Source of the DNA: a virus
Taxonomy: Duplodnaviria; Caudoviricetes
IMG/VR virus record: IMGVR_UViG_3300035156_000125
Coordinates: 1 to 56,623 of that record
Reading direction: 5' to 3' (one strand)
Length of the DNA: 56,623 nt
Positions 19,755-29,521 of this stretch are shown here, one piece after another. How positions within the stretch are numbered: position 1 is the first letter of the stretch; every line of letters starts with the position of its first letter. The translations under genes were made by a program, and so were the position numbers. A model generated the notes under the pieces. It was given only the letters and a program-made list of their open reading frames with translations, had not been told where the DNA came from and made no database searches.

Positions 19755-19952
19755 TTACTTTATGATCTTTGCGATACCCTTTGCTTCCAATTCTTCCGCC
19801 TGCAATACATGTACTTCGATAGTGTCGCCGTCTTTTAGATGCTTCTTTTTAGCATAGTCTTTTGGGTAAGCGACTTTCATTTTTACTACGTCGCTAAACC
19901 TGTAAACTTTATCGGTTGGGTCTAGTTTTTTTTCTCCTTCGTTAACTATCAT
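19755..19952 (-). CDS. Small head-associated protein
   Basis: 65 aa directly after the capsid gene. Confidence 0.7.
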   Translation of the reverse strand: MIVNEGEKKLDPTDKVYRFSDVVKMKVAYPKDYAKKKHLKDGDTIEVHVLQAEELEAKGIAKIIK

Positions 19953-19999
19953 ATAGAAAAATTATTATGGGTTCCATTGTTCATGGCACCCGTTTTATT

Positions 20000-21241
20000 T
20001 TATGCTGTTTCCAGTGCGGTTTTGATCGTCGCGAATGTGCCCTTTGTTAAACCACCAAGTTTGTTTGTTGATATGTAATCGTAGAAGAACTGCTCAACAA
20101 CAACTGTAAATTGGTTTTTTATAAGGTCATCATTCACATAGCCAATCTTTACAATCACGTCCCCGTAAAGGTCAACGTTGTAGTTGTTTAAATCCCCAAT
20201 CAGGAAGGTTCCTGCAGTGATCCGGGGGTCAACAATGACTGTCCCAAAAGCGTATGTGTTACCGTTCCAATCGAAAGGAGGCATGACATATTCGCCGGTA
20301 GTTGTTTTTTGCAGCTTCATGATCCAGGCATCAGCCGGATTTAGGAACAGTACATTGGGATCTCCAAAGTAAAGCGCCTGTTGCCCTGCGATGGCTGCAC
20401 CAATTGCCGCGTAGTTGTCCGCGTTGTCAATTTTGGCGTTTAAGCCTGTGTACGAAAAAGTTGGCGCTGCGGAAATAACGTCAGCTAAAATTATTGATGC
20501 CATTGCGAGTCTTACGTCGCTTTCCATCAGTCGGCGAATGGTAGTGTATAGCTGCGGAAAATCCCTTTCAAACTCGTCAGTAATTGTTGAGTAGCCGGCA
20601 GCCTTTTGGTAGGATGCTGATTTGCGTTCAAATCTGTACTGAACCATTGGCTTTGCTACTCCCTCCGCAGTTACGGCAAAGTCGCCCTCCTTGGCCAATT
20701 CATCAAACCAAATTAACACGCTAGATGTTGTGCTTCCCAGGTTGACAAAATCAAGAATGAAAGGCTTGCCCCGCCTAATCTCATATATAGGACCATCACC
20801 CAATCTTTGCCCGCCCGCAGCGCTTACGGAATTGGTTATTGCCCTGGTGCCGCCGGTGGTTGCAGTGGTGGTTACGCCGGCAGCTTTCAAGGTGAAAGTC
20901 TTCATTCCGGTCCTATTTTTCTGGATTTGCTTTAGCTCGTCCTTTGCTTTTTCTAGGGTATCAAGAAAACTTTCCTGGTCTGTTTCAATCCCTGACGCTT
21001 TGATCTTTTCGATCTCTGCAGCCTGCTTACGTACAGCTTCGGCGGTTTCCTTAATGGTTGTTTCCTGCTCTGTAGTCGCTCCTTTGCCTTCAAGTGCTTT
21101 TGAAATCAGGTTATTGACTTCTTTTTCGGTCAATGCGCCTTTTGTTGCATCGTTAAACGCAATATCCAGAGCCCCTTCCATTAATTCGGCAAACTTTAGC
21201 GTTTCGCCTGTCAGCCCGTCTTTTTTTATTTGAAATTTCAT
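20000..21241 (-). CDS. Major capsid protein (HK97 fold)
   Basis: N-terminal coiled-coil scaffold, AEGVAKP, LNPADAW..KTTTGEY, FLIGD. Confidence 0.92.
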   Translation of the reverse strand: MKFQIKKDGLTGETLKFAELMEGALDIAFNDATKGALTEKEVNNLISKALEGKGATTEQETTIKETAEAVRKQAAEIEKIKASGIETDQESFLDTLEKAKDELKQIQKNRTGMKTFTLKAAGVTTTATTGGTRAITNSVSAAGGQRLGDGPIYEIRRGKPFILDFVNLGSTTSSVLIWFDELAKEGDFAVTAEGVAKPMVQYRFERKSASYQKAAGYSTITDEFERDFPQLYTTIRRLMESDVRLAMASIILADVISAAPTFSYTGLNAKIDNADNYAAIGAAIAGQQALYFGDPNVLFLNPADAWIMKLQKTTTGEYVMPPFDWNGNTYAFGTVIVDPRITAGTFLIGDLNNYNVDLYGDVIVKIGYVNDDLIKNQFTVVVEQFFYDYISTNKLGGLTKGTFATIKTALETA

Positions 21242-21244
21242 CGT

Positions 21245-22045
21245 TTAGGATGTTTGAAAAATGTTTAATAATTGTTTTATATCGAAATGTCCCTCTAACG
21301 GCTGCTTATCAGTGCCCAAAGGCGGCTGCTTATCAGTGTCAAGAACCGGTGTAATCCTGTTTGATCCAATTGGGACCGCTGAACCTTCAATGGCTTTAGC
21401 CTCCGTAACCGCAAAGAAGTAGCTTATATTTTCCGCTTCCTCTTTATTTGCAATCTGGTCAAAGTACTTGTTCCATATCTCAAACTCTACCTTGTAATCC
21501 TTGTCGTTAATTGCCATATCTATTTGGATATAGCGCATGCCAACGGAGTGATTTTTAACGTACCCTTTTTTGTATTGATCGAACATAAAAGGGTTGCGCT
21601 CTCTTTTGATTGTGGAATTGAATAAAAGCGCCTGCGTTGTGCCTTCAATTTCTACTCCTAGTGTTCGCCAATTTATATTCTTGGTATAGGCCTCAACTTC
21701 GTCAGTAATTATCTTTTCAAAAGTCATTGCGTGTTCCTGCAACAAGTACACTTCTTTGTTTTCGGCCAAAGACTTTTTCCAAAGCCCATCAATATGAACG
21801 TCCCGGTGCGAATCCATCCACTTAGTTGTATTTATAACGCAAAGCCTTTGAATGGTGTCTACATCTTCTGTGATAGGGTTAGCTTTTACAATTGCACCCT
21901 TATCGGTAATGTATAGGTTAGGAAAATTGATAGGGTCAGCATGCTTGACATTGTACTTTTTTTCGGCAATCAATAATCTCTTATTGGTCACCAAAAAATC
22001 AAACAATTCTTTGCCCCTTAAATTTTCGTCTATTGTTACCTTCAT
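21245..22045 (-). CDS. Prohead protease
   Basis: DSHRDVH, HSVGM, EGSAVPIGSN..TP. Confidence 0.85.
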   Translation of the reverse strand: MKVTIDENLRGKELFDFLVTNKRLLIAEKKYNVKHADPINFPNLYITDKGAIVKANPITEDVDTIQRLCVINTTKWMDSHRDVHIDGLWKKSLAENKEVYLLQEHAMTFEKIITDEVEAYTKNINWRTLGVEIEGTTQALLFNSTIKRERNPFMFDQYKKGYVKNHSVGMRYIQIDMAINDKDYKVEFEIWNKYFDQIANKEEAENISYFFAVTEAKAIEGSAVPIGSNRITPVLDTDKQPPLGTDKQPLEGHFDIKQLLNIFQTS

Positions 22046-22164
22046 TTTGTAACTATTTGGCCGGTTTTAACCGCTTTTTCCTTTATTTCTTTGATTTCCT
22101 TAATCGTTTTTGGATCAATCTTAACCTGGTTAACTTGCTGTTGATCCGTCGTTTGCTGTTCCAT
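22042..22164 (-). CDS. 40-aa basic peptide between portal and protease (not in ORF track)
   Basis: MEQQTTDQQQ...KEKAVKTGQIVTK; ATGA overlap with the protease start. Confidence 0.55.
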   Translation of the reverse strand: MEQQTTDQQQVNQVKIDPKTIKEIKEIKEKAVKTGQIVTK

Positions 22165-23587
22165 CTGCGTTTGTGTTAGGTTGAGCCATAGTTTTCATAC
22201 TCAAAACTTCTTTAACCTTTGCCAACTCTTCCGGCTCCATTTCGTAAACCCGCTTATCATACAACGGAATGGCAGTTACTTTTTCATTTCCTGTTGAAAC
22301 AACCCAATCATTTAAGCTGCAAACACCGTTGATAAACCTCTGCCTGTAGGTTTCGGTGTTTGTCTTGTCTACCTCTGCCTTTTCCTTTTTATTCTCCTGC
22401 AGTACGTCTATATGGTCGAAAGAGGCGTGCAGATAAAGTTTTGCTTCATTCAACCCTAATTTGTTGGTAAGGCTTTGCATCATGTTTGCCGCTTTCGGCA
22501 TAATAACGTTTTGATAAAATCCCCGGTCTGCTTGCTTCTGGTTTTCGAAGGTTGCACCGTCTTTCATTGGCATCAACTCCCTGGGTACTTGCAACGCCGA
22601 ATAAATTGCCATCGCATCTGCTAAAGTTTCTTCGAACGGCTGCAACTCTGATATTGTAGCGCCAACCTTTACATAATCTATTGGTGCCTCCGTAATCCCA
22701 ATTGGTGTGCGATTATTGGTTATGCCATAGTTGCCGTTGAACTCGTTGTAAATGCCGTCCTTTTCCTTTGCCGTCAAAGACTGCATACCGCTTTCATCGC
22801 TCTTTCGGCTTACTATAAAGCCTAACGCGCCCCGTTTGGTATAGATCACATTCCTTGCTTCATACACGGCTATCAGGTTCGCTATTGCCTTCTTTGCGCT
22901 TAATAACGGGCTTTTGCCTTTAATTTTGCGCTGCTCCCAATCTAGGTTTATCGCTCGAATATGAAGCACGTCCTTAGGTTCGTAAAGGTTCTTGTCATCA
23001 AGTTTGTACTTACTTACAAGATCCTCAATTGTTGTAGCTGTAAAGAGTTTCAAAGAACTATTCTTAACCGGTTCGATCTTGTCTGCCGGAAGGTTCCATA
23101 TCGAACTAACGTTTTGATATTTATAACCGACTGCAGAAGGTGTATTAAAAAGCATGTACTCGTTACCGGTTACATACTCATAAACCACCGCTTCATAAAT
23201 CAACTCTCTAAAATGCTGTAAAGGGTTTGGCGTGTTGAAAAGCCTGTTCCAGTCGGCATCTTTATATTGAACCTGGTCGTTGAATGTCCTCCTTAACTGA
23301 AAATCTGCGTTCGCAATCCGGCTTGCGATTGCGTGTATCGGCGCGAATATTTCCGGAACGCAATGAAACAGTTCTACAAAATTGCTAGATGAGTTCGGTC
23401 CGTCTACTAGCCCTCTATAATCCCCGCTGTTAATAAACTCATCTGGTCTTGAGAACGTGAATTGAGGCATGAATGCCGCGCGTTCATTGGTAAAGCCAAG
23501 CATTGATTTCTGCATATCTGCCTTAAATGTTTCTTCCTTCCAATAGGATGGTTTGAATATATTTTTAAGGCTTTCACTGAATTTCAT
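22130..23587 (-). CDS. Portal protein (HK97-like)
   Basis: PNPLQ, GNEY, DVLHIR, GKSPL, ATFENQ. Confidence 0.92.
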   Translation of the reverse strand: MKFSESLKNIFKPSYWKEETFKADMQKSMLGFTNERAAFMPQFTFSRPDEFINSGDYRGLVDGPNSSSNFVELFHCVPEIFAPIHAIASRIANADFQLRRTFNDQVQYKDADWNRLFNTPNPLQHFRELIYEAVVYEYVTGNEYMLFNTPSAVGYKYQNVSSIWNLPADKIEPVKNSSLKLFTATTIEDLVSKYKLDDKNLYEPKDVLHIRAINLDWEQRKIKGKSPLLSAKKAIANLIAVYEARNVIYTKRGALGFIVSRKSDESGMQSLTAKEKDGIYNEFNGNYGITNNRTPIGITEAPIDYVKVGATISELQPFEETLADAMAIYSALQVPRELMPMKDGATFENQKQADRGFYQNVIMPKAANMMQSLTNKLGLNEAKLYLHASFDHIDVLQENKKEKAEVDKTNTETYRQRFINGVCSLNDWVVSTGNEKVTAIPLYDKRVYEMEPEELAKVKEVLSMKTMAQPNTNADGTANDGSTAS

Positions 23588-23621
23588 TTATTAACATTGC
23601 GGAACTCAAATTCTTATTAGC

Positions 23622-23684
23622 ACCAATATTAAATAAGATTTTAGCCGCTCGTTTTGCAACAACGTAACAGGGTTGACGATGTTA
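23622..23684 (-). promoter_or_regulatory. Putative late promoter for the head operon
   Basis: TAACA-N10-TGTTA-N33-TAATATTGGT. Confidence 0.7.
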
Positions 23685-23705
23685 TAAAGAAGGGTTTAGG
23701 GGAAC

Positions 23706-23731
23706 AAAAAAAGCCGCAATTAAGCGGCTTG
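23706..23731 (-). terminator. Intrinsic terminator
   Basis: AAGCCGC-TTAATT-GCGGCTT plus T run. Confidence 0.8.
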
Positions 23732-23801
23732 TATATCAAGCGATACGGGTTTTATAGTCACATGCTACACGAGCACCTAACGACCACTGTCGATACCTTC
23801 A

Positions 23802-23924
23802 TTAAACTTCCTCAATCAATTCCACACCGCAATCTTCTACACAAATAACGCTGATATGGAGTTTACCTTCTGCGTTTACTGTCATTACGATGGTGTCCTG
23901 TCCGTTATGAATTGTCTGTTCCAT
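23802..23924 (-). CDS. 40-aa hypothetical protein (not in ORF track)
   Basis: MEQTIHNGQDTIVMTV...ELIEEV. Confidence 0.5.
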   Translation of the reverse strand: MEQTIHNGQDTIVMTVNAEGKLHISVICVEDCGVELIEEV

Positions 23925-23966
23925 AACCTTTAATATCAATTTGGGTGCCGTGGTTACCCGATACGG

Positions 23967-24200
23967 CTAACCGGCAAACTCTTTTACTTTTCTTATTTCT
24001 TTAGCCGCTTTTACTAAAGCTCTGCATACATAATCTTCGTCAACTTCTCTTTTAGGTATAGAGTATTGATATTTAGTAACATTTATTCCGTAAAGAGAGC
24101 CGACTAATACTTCTAAATTCTTTTTGCCTATATCGTTTTTAAATTTTACCTCTAAGCCTGCGTCAAGCAGTTCATTAATAGTTTCCAGTAAATTTGCCAT
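23967..24200 (-). CDS. Hypothetical protein (moron with own promoter)
   Basis: 77 aa; TAAATTTG at 24225-24232. Confidence 0.7.
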   Translation of the reverse strand: MANLLETINELLDAGLEVKFKNDIGKKNLEVLVGSLYGINVTKYQYSIPKREVDEDYVCRALVKAAKEIRKVKEFAG

Positions 24201-24236
24201 TGTAATTTGATTGTTTGGTTACTTCAAATTTACAAC

Positions 24237-24269
24237 AAAAGCCCCGATAGTCTTACTATACGGGGCTTT
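24237..24269 (-). terminator. Intrinsic terminator after the terminase operon
   Basis: AAAGCCCCG...CGGGGCTTTT. Confidence 0.75.
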
Positions 24270-24287
24270 AATTATTTGGGCTGCTTT

Positions 24288-24464
24288 TCAATAAACCCCT
24301 TCCTTTATATCCCTTTCGAACGGGTGTGGCGGCTTGCCATCTTCCAGATACTTGACGATCAAATCCGCTGCTGCCTGGCTATCGGTAAAGAAATTATCAC
24401 AGCCGTAACGGGACCGCTCAATTATCGTTTGTACTGCTAATTTCTGTTCGTTGCTAACTGTCAT
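24288..24464 (-). CDS. 58-aa hypothetical protein (not in ORF track)
   Basis: MTVSNEQKLAVQTII...KEGVY, 6 nt after terL. Confidence 0.6.
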   Translation of the reverse strand: MTVSNEQKLAVQTIIERSRYGCDNFFTDSQAAADLIVKYLEDGKPPHPFERDIKEGVY

Positions 24465-24470
24465 AATTGT

Positions 24471-25970
24471 TCAGCCTTTAACAGGCCACAGGTGAGGAAA
24501 TTGAGTTTGATAGTAACCGGCACACATTTCGCTTACGTCCGGGGCGTCATCATGTTTGTTCATCTTGCCTGGTTCTTGAATTTTTAGATATGATGTAAGG
24601 TTTCGCATAAACTTTGCATATTGCGGAAAATTTTCATAGTCATCCCTAAAAAGAAAGTGATTTTTGATGAAGCTTGCCCGGTTGCTGATCCTTGCCAGTT
24701 TACCGGTCCGGGGTCTTAGCATCCTTACTTCGCCTTCAAATCCCTTTTCCTCAAGATCATTCCGAACGTTAATAGCCGTTTCCTTCCACCCTAAAACACT
24801 TTCGATACCCACATTGCTTGCCTTGCTTTTAAGTACCATATCAACCAAAGCCGGTTCATTAAAGTCTGCACCGTCCGTGTTGTAAAGTACATTGACTATG
24901 TAAATCTTATTTCCTATCAGCCTACTATCCAAACCGGCAAAATCATCTCCGCCACGGTCTGCAGGATCTGCGCAGACGTAATTGTGATCGGGGTCGCTCA
25001 AAGCCTTTTCTAGTTGAGCAAAGTTGTAAAGTAAAAGTTCCTGTAGTGGGAACATTAACCCGGTGCGGGGGTTAGGGTTTAAGGCATATTGTCTTTCATA
25101 CACCAATTCATTGGCTTTTTTCATTGCTAAAGCCTCTCCCACTGTCATCCTAAATTCCCATAGCGCTTCTCCCGGCATTAAACCGTAATCATTCCCTACT
25201 TGGTTAATAACAGGAAGATTTATAAACGTCCATTCATCTTGCTCATCTGCCCGTTGTAAATAACCTATCATATCCATTGGGTGCAGTCGCTGCATAATGA
25301 CGATTATAGGCGTTTTACGGCTGTTTACCCTGTTCCTTATCGTACTATCAAACCTTTCATTTACCCGCCCTCTTACTGTATCACTGTCTGCATCATCCGG
25401 TTTTATTGGGTCATCAATAATTACTGCCCCGTTAAACCCTTCTTTTCCTGTAATAAATTCGTCCAAGTCTTCATCAGGGTCGTCAACCTTTCCCGCTCCG
25501 AAACCAGTAACGCTACCGGCTGCAGACCTTGCCAATACCCCGCCGCCAGCTGTTGTGTACCATTTATCTTTCGCCTTACTGTCTTTTTTGATTTGAACTT
25601 TTGGGAATAACTGTTGATACTCGTCCGATTGTATTAAATCTTTTACCGTTTCGCTATTATCCAATGCAAGGCTATCAGAATATGAAAGATGAATGAACTT
25701 AGCTGCGGGATTTAGCGCCAAACCGTGACTTATAAATGATTTAACGGCCAACTCTGTCTTGCCAAAACGGGGTGGTACTGATATTAAAAGCCTGGTTATT
25801 TCTCCTTTCAAGACGCGCTCTAATGCATTGCAGATAATTTCATGGTGCTTTCCTACAACAAACTTTCTTTTATATTGAGATTTGAAAAAGTAACGGGTAT
25901 GGAATAGCAGCGATTTTAGACATTTGACTTTTGCAACTTGCAGCGTTTCTATGTCTAAAGTTTCTGTCAT
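24471..25970 (-). CDS. terL: Terminase large subunit
   Basis: VPPRFGKT Walker A, IIDDP Walker B, MQRLH, HDDAPD nuclease motif. Confidence 0.95.
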   Translation of the reverse strand: MTETLDIETLQVAKVKCLKSLLFHTRYFFKSQYKRKFVVGKHHEIICNALERVLKGEITRLLISVPPRFGKTELAVKSFISHGLALNPAAKFIHLSYSDSLALDNSETVKDLIQSDEYQQLFPKVQIKKDSKAKDKWYTTAGGGVLARSAAGSVTGFGAGKVDDPDEDLDEFITGKEGFNGAVIIDDPIKPDDADSDTVRGRVNERFDSTIRNRVNSRKTPIIVIMQRLHPMDMIGYLQRADEQDEWTFINLPVINQVGNDYGLMPGEALWEFRMTVGEALAMKKANELVYERQYALNPNPRTGLMFPLQELLLYNFAQLEKALSDPDHNYVCADPADRGGDDFAGLDSRLIGNKIYIVNVLYNTDGADFNEPALVDMVLKSKASNVGIESVLGWKETAINVRNDLEEKGFEGEVRMLRPRTGKLARISNRASFIKNHFLFRDDYENFPQYAKFMRNLTSYLKIQEPGKMNKHDDAPDVSEMCAGYYQTQFPHLWPVKG

Positions 25971-26042
25971 TTAATGCCCCAATCGGACACGGTATTTTAT
26001 GAAATGAGGGTAAAGGCACGAAATATGCCGGGGAAACACGTT

Positions 26043-26576
26043 CTAAAAGTTATTTTCCAGAGCTTCGCTGATTTCCTTAATCTTTTCCGGTGTTAGTTCG
26101 GTGTTGTAATTTAGGTTTCTGTTAATATTCTCCGTTTTTTCTCTCCATTTATCCGGCTGTCGGTTCATTAACCAAAACTTAGCGGCGACTGTATCAGGCG
26201 GCACTTCTTGCGTCAAATCAACTATTTCTATTTCTTCTGTTTGAGAAATCTTACCGTTGTGGTCGGGCGTTTTTGTAGTTAGTTTTATTGCTTGCTGTAC
26301 TGTAATTGTGCATCCTTTAGCTCTTTCATATAATGAATTTGCAATTTCCGCATCTGCTTTAGCCTTTCCGTTGCCCACGGACACGGAAAACACTTCATGA
26401 ACCTTCTTCCATTCATTTATTGTATCCTCGTGTACTTCAAAGTAAGTTCCCAATTCAGCATCGGTAAACCCCAATAAACACAACTTGTACGCTTGTTCGG
26501 CGTACTCATCTTTGTACTTTGTAGGTCTTCCACCTTCATTTCCCTCTGCAAACTTATTTCCTTCCGGTGCTGCCAT
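26043..26576 (-). CDS. terS: Terminase small subunit
   Basis: GNKFAEGN.GGRPTKY, HTH, PPDTVAAKFWLMNR. Confidence 0.9.
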   Translation of the reverse strand: MAAPEGNKFAEGNEGGRPTKYKDEYAEQAYKLCLLGFTDAELGTYFEVHEDTINEWKKVHEVFSVSVGNGKAKADAEIANSLYERAKGCTITVQQAIKLTTKTPDHNGKISQTEEIEIVDLTQEVPPDTVAAKFWLMNRQPDKWREKTENINRNLNYNTELTPEKIKEISEALENNF

Positions 26577-26581
26577 AACCT

Positions 26582-26644
26582 ACCAATATTACTCACTCCC
26601 ATCACTCCCGCTTACTTTATTTTGTAACAGGTGGGGCGGTGTTA
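26582..26644 (-). promoter_or_regulatory. Putative late promoter for the terminase genes
   Basis: TAACA-N10-TGTTA-N33-TAATATTGGT. Confidence 0.7.
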
Positions 26645-26654
26645 GTTAATTCCG

Positions 26655-26837
26655 TCACTCAATAATTAAATATGATACCAATTCAACCTTCCTTATCTTT
26701 TTGTATATGTCCTTAGCAAAAAGAGAATCTATGCCTTCGTAATACTTCCTTGCCTTAAAGAGAGCATCTTCAATACTTTCCGCTTTTATATAAACAAGAG
26801 GTGCAATGCAGCTCGATGTTTCGATTTTGTATAGCAT
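26655..26837 (-). CDS. Hypothetical protein
   Basis: 60-aa ORF in operon. Confidence 0.65.
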   Translation of the reverse strand: MLYKIETSSCIAPLVYIKAESIEDALFKARKYYEGIDSLFAKDIYKKIRKVELVSYLIIE

Positions 26838-26843
26838 ATCATT

Positions 26844-27377
26844 TTATTGCGCTTGACTTTCCGTAAACATTTCAGCAACCACAGTACAACCCCGTTCAAC
26901 TGCAAAGCCTTCCATCTCGGATAGTTGCGAATAAAGCACTTCGCAAAGCTGTTTTATTTCGCTCCGTTCTGCCTGGTATGCTGATTTGATCCTTTCGGGC
27001 GGGTTAATCTTGTCTTTCTCCGCTCCTACCTGCTGACTAATCCAGTCACGTTGCGTTCCTAGTAGTACGCTTAACGTTTCGGCTAATCCGTCCTTTACCG
27101 TTGCACGGTGGTTTTGCACGTATTCCGGATTGCAAAGCGATAAAGCAACCGCAATGAACTTACGACGAAGGTTAGTCTGCTCTTTCAGGTGCCGGATGGT
27201 AATGTGGTAATAATCGCAAAAGAGAGACCGGAGCGGGTGAAGGAAAACAACGTCTGTGATGGTTGGCTCTGGTTTATCTACCAGATATCGGTACTTGCTT
27301 AAAAATGTAGGATCTTCTGCAGCCTTTCGCCCGAGGTTAAGTAGAACGTATTGAGGTAAATCCGTAACACTCTGCAT
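26844..27377 (-). CDS. Hypothetical protein, candidate late-gene activator
   Basis: Last large gene before terS; LAETLSVLLGTQRDWISQ HTH-like segment; function inferred from position. Confidence 0.45.
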   Translation of the reverse strand: MQSVTDLPQYVLLNLGRKAAEDPTFLSKYRYLVDKPEPTITDVVFLHPLRSLFCDYYHITIRHLKEQTNLRRKFIAVALSLCNPEYVQNHRATVKDGLAETLSVLLGTQRDWISQQVGAEKDKINPPERIKSAYQAERSEIKQLCEVLYSQLSEMEGFAVERGCTVVAEMFTESQAQ

Positions 27378-27475
27378 TTTGTTAGACGTTTATCGAAATT
27401 AAGAACTTTATTCTACTTAAATGCAGATTTGTAGAATAAATGTTTAGCTTCTTTTCGTATTGGTTAATGTTTGTT

Positions 27476-27796
27476 CTAAAACTCCACCAACTCAACCTTT
27501 CCGTTCTTATTCTGCTGTGCAAGTAAAGCGGTGCCGCCCCGTTGCTTTATTTCAGTCAGGAAGTCTATCTGTTCGTCTGATAGCTTATCGTTTATCGTCT
27601 TGACCTCACAAGCGCACCAATGGCCGGTTCGGGTAATACCAACTAAGTCGCTTACTCCTTTACGTCCGATAAACTTTCGACCTGGTATCGCAATGTTGTT
27701 GTTGATCCATACGGTATTGCCTTTTAACGTCAACTCTGTTATCGCCTGTCTGCGAATAGTTGCTTTGTCCAGTTCAGCTACCTTTATCGACCTCAT
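27476..27796 (-). CDS. VRR-NUC family nuclease
   Basis: GVSDL...EVK...LSDEQ..F. Confidence 0.85.
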   Translation of the reverse strand: MRSIKVAELDKATIRRQAITELTLKGNTVWINNNIAIPGRKFIGRKGVSDLVGITRTGHWCACEVKTINDKLSDEQIDFLTEIKQRGGTALLAQQNKNGKVELVEF

Positions 27797-27855
27797 TACT
27801 TACTTTAGTTATCTTACTACAAGATAATGAAATTCAGTTGGTTGAGCAATAATAA

Positions 27856-28098
27856 CTAACTGTTATTTTCAGTACCAGTTGCAAACTTTCCTTCCTTAAC
27901 GTCTTTTTTAAATTGCTCTTTTGAGTTTAGGTACTCACTCCATTTATCAACCTCCTTCACCTCGGATTGCTTTGCCAGGTTGTAGCCGTATTCTGCCATT
28001 CTAAACGCATCGTAACGGGCTTGGTGTAAAGTTTCCGGTATCACTACTATGTAGTCTTTTGCTTCCTGCTCTATCAGTTCCTTTTCGTTCTCTGTCAT
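27856..28098 (-). CDS. Hypothetical protein
   Basis: 80-aa ORF in operon. Confidence 0.7.
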   Translation of the reverse strand: MTENEKELIEQEAKDYIVVIPETLHQARYDAFRMAEYGYNLAKQSEVKEVDKWSEYLNSKEQFKKDVKEGKFATGTENNS

Positions 28099-28123
28099 GA
28101 CTTTTGGTGTGGTTTAAAATGGG

Positions 28124-28279
28124 TTAAGCATTGGAATTAAATCCTGCTGAAAATGCACTTTCCAGTATATTGTCAATGTATGGCTGCTTCATTCCTTTGG
28201 CCTTCATCTCCTTGACCGAGCTTAGGTAATCATTGCTTTGCTTGTACTCAATAAGCGCCTGTGAATATTTGGTTTTCAT
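28124..28279 (-). CDS. 51-aa hypothetical protein (not in ORF track)
   Basis: MKTKYSQALIEYK...AFSAGFNSNA fills the gap. Confidence 0.6.
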   Translation of the reverse strand: MKTKYSQALIEYKQSNDYLSSVKEMKAKGMKQPYIDNILESAFSAGFNSNA

Positions 28280-28285
28280 CTTATT

Positions 28286-28669
28286 CTATTTTTGATTGTT
28301 TGCTATTTGGTTGGGGTGGGGTACGCCTTCTACGTCAAGTTTAAACTCACGCCGTAGAAAGTAATTAATCTCTTTTAGCTTAAATGGATATGAACCGTGT
28401 TTTTGTGAATACAAAACAGGGCTGTCACCATTCAACGTTAGGTGCATCCGATAGTTAAATTTCAATTCCCCAAACTCTCTTTTTTGATTTTGGGCAATGT
28501 CAAAGAATAAAGTGTTTCCCGATCCAAATGCATTTACCTTGAAATGATCTATAACGGGCTTCTCATAATACTCCGGCGAACCACAATAGCCGCCCGAGTA
28601 AATGAAATCCACAACTTCCTCTTTAGTTAAATCGAACACCGTTTTGTTTCCTACCGTTAGCTGTTCCAT
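28286..28669 (-). CDS. Hypothetical protein
   Basis: 127-aa ORF in operon. Confidence 0.75.
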   Translation of the reverse strand: MEQLTVGNKTVFDLTKEEVVDFIYSGGYCGSPEYYEKPVIDHFKVNAFGSGNTLFFDIAQNQKREFGELKFNYRMHLTLNGDSPVLYSQKHGSYPFKLKEINYFLRREFKLDVEGVPHPNQIANNQK

Positions 28670-28711
28670 AATCGTTTTTGTTTATTGGTTTACTTGGTTG
28701 GGGTGGTGAGG

Positions 28712-29104
28712 TCAATGTCCGAAGCTGTCATAGAGTTGGTTAAAGTCACTTTTCAGTCTCTCATTTTCTTCCCTCAACTCCCTTACCTGATCCAGTGCGG
28801 TTTGAAGGGAAGTGGTTTCTTCGAGCCATTCGACAATCTCTCGTTTGTAAATCATCAGGTCATGATAGCCCGTGTTTTCGCATTCTTCATACCATCCTTC
28901 TTTGAGCGTTACGGGGTCATCTTCACCATTAATCCAATCAGGCAAATCTTCGTAGTCATCAAATTCCTGCGCTACTTGCTTATCTCTTGCATAAAAACAA
29001 GAGTATTTATTGCCTTTTGCATCAAATGCAAATACAGGCTTTGTGTTTGGTGGTAGCTTCCCAGAACATTTTACTACCTGATATACTTTTTCGTTCTGCG
29101 ACAT
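28712..29104 (-). CDS. Hypothetical phage protein
   Basis: KLPP..PVF...LKEGWYE...W pattern, C-terminal coiled coil. Confidence 0.75.
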   Translation of the reverse strand: MSQNEKVYQVVKCSGKLPPNTKPVFAFDAKGNKYSCFYARDKQVAQEFDDYEDLPDWINGEDDPVTLKEGWYEECENTGYHDLMIYKREIVEWLEETTSLQTALDQVRELREENERLKSDFNQLYDSFGH

Positions 29105-29110
29105 GGTTGA

Positions 29111-29515
29111 TTATTTTGAAAGGGTTAGAAATGATAAATCAGGTTCTTTGTAGTTTGGGCCTTTTAAAACTTTACCGTCTGCTCTTTTTACTGGCTTGCC
29201 ATCTCCCCCTAGTTTCGACATATTACTTTCATGCACTGCGTCAAATACCTGCTCGATTTGATCTTGCAAGCCCTCCGTTATTATAGTTCCGAACACAGTA
29301 TAAAGAATGTCAGCTAATTCTTTTGCTCTTTCTCCAACTCCCAAATTAAAGGCTGCTGCCTCGATCCACTCTTTAACTTCTTCTGACATTATTCTTCCTC
29401 TTAGCCGTAACAGTGCCATGTTTTCATCGCTGTCATCATAAGGGTCAGGCTCATTTCTAAATGGCACTTCAAACTTTTTATGCCATTCAATCAATTGGTT
29501 AATCTGTTTTAGCAT
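29111..29515 (-). CDS. MazG-like all-alpha NTP pyrophosphohydrolase
   Basis: EEVKE, ELADILY, VHESNMSK...DGKVLKGPNY. Confidence 0.88.
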   Translation of the reverse strand: MLKQINQLIEWHKKFEVPFRNEPDPYDDSDENMALLRLRGRIMSEEVKEWIEAAAFNLGVGERAKELADILYTVFGTIITEGLQDQIEQVFDAVHESNMSKLGGDGKPVKRADGKVLKGPNYKEPDLSFLTLSK

Positions 29516-29521
29516 GGTTGA

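Noticed and set aside
21299-21338. 16-bp duplication at the protease 3' end (TDKQP twice)
   Set aside because: Small in-frame duplication in a disordered tail
23735-23800. GGTATCGACAG...AGCATGT faintly like a tmRNA 5' region
   Set aside because: No acceptor stem, tag ORF or 3' end; similarity too short
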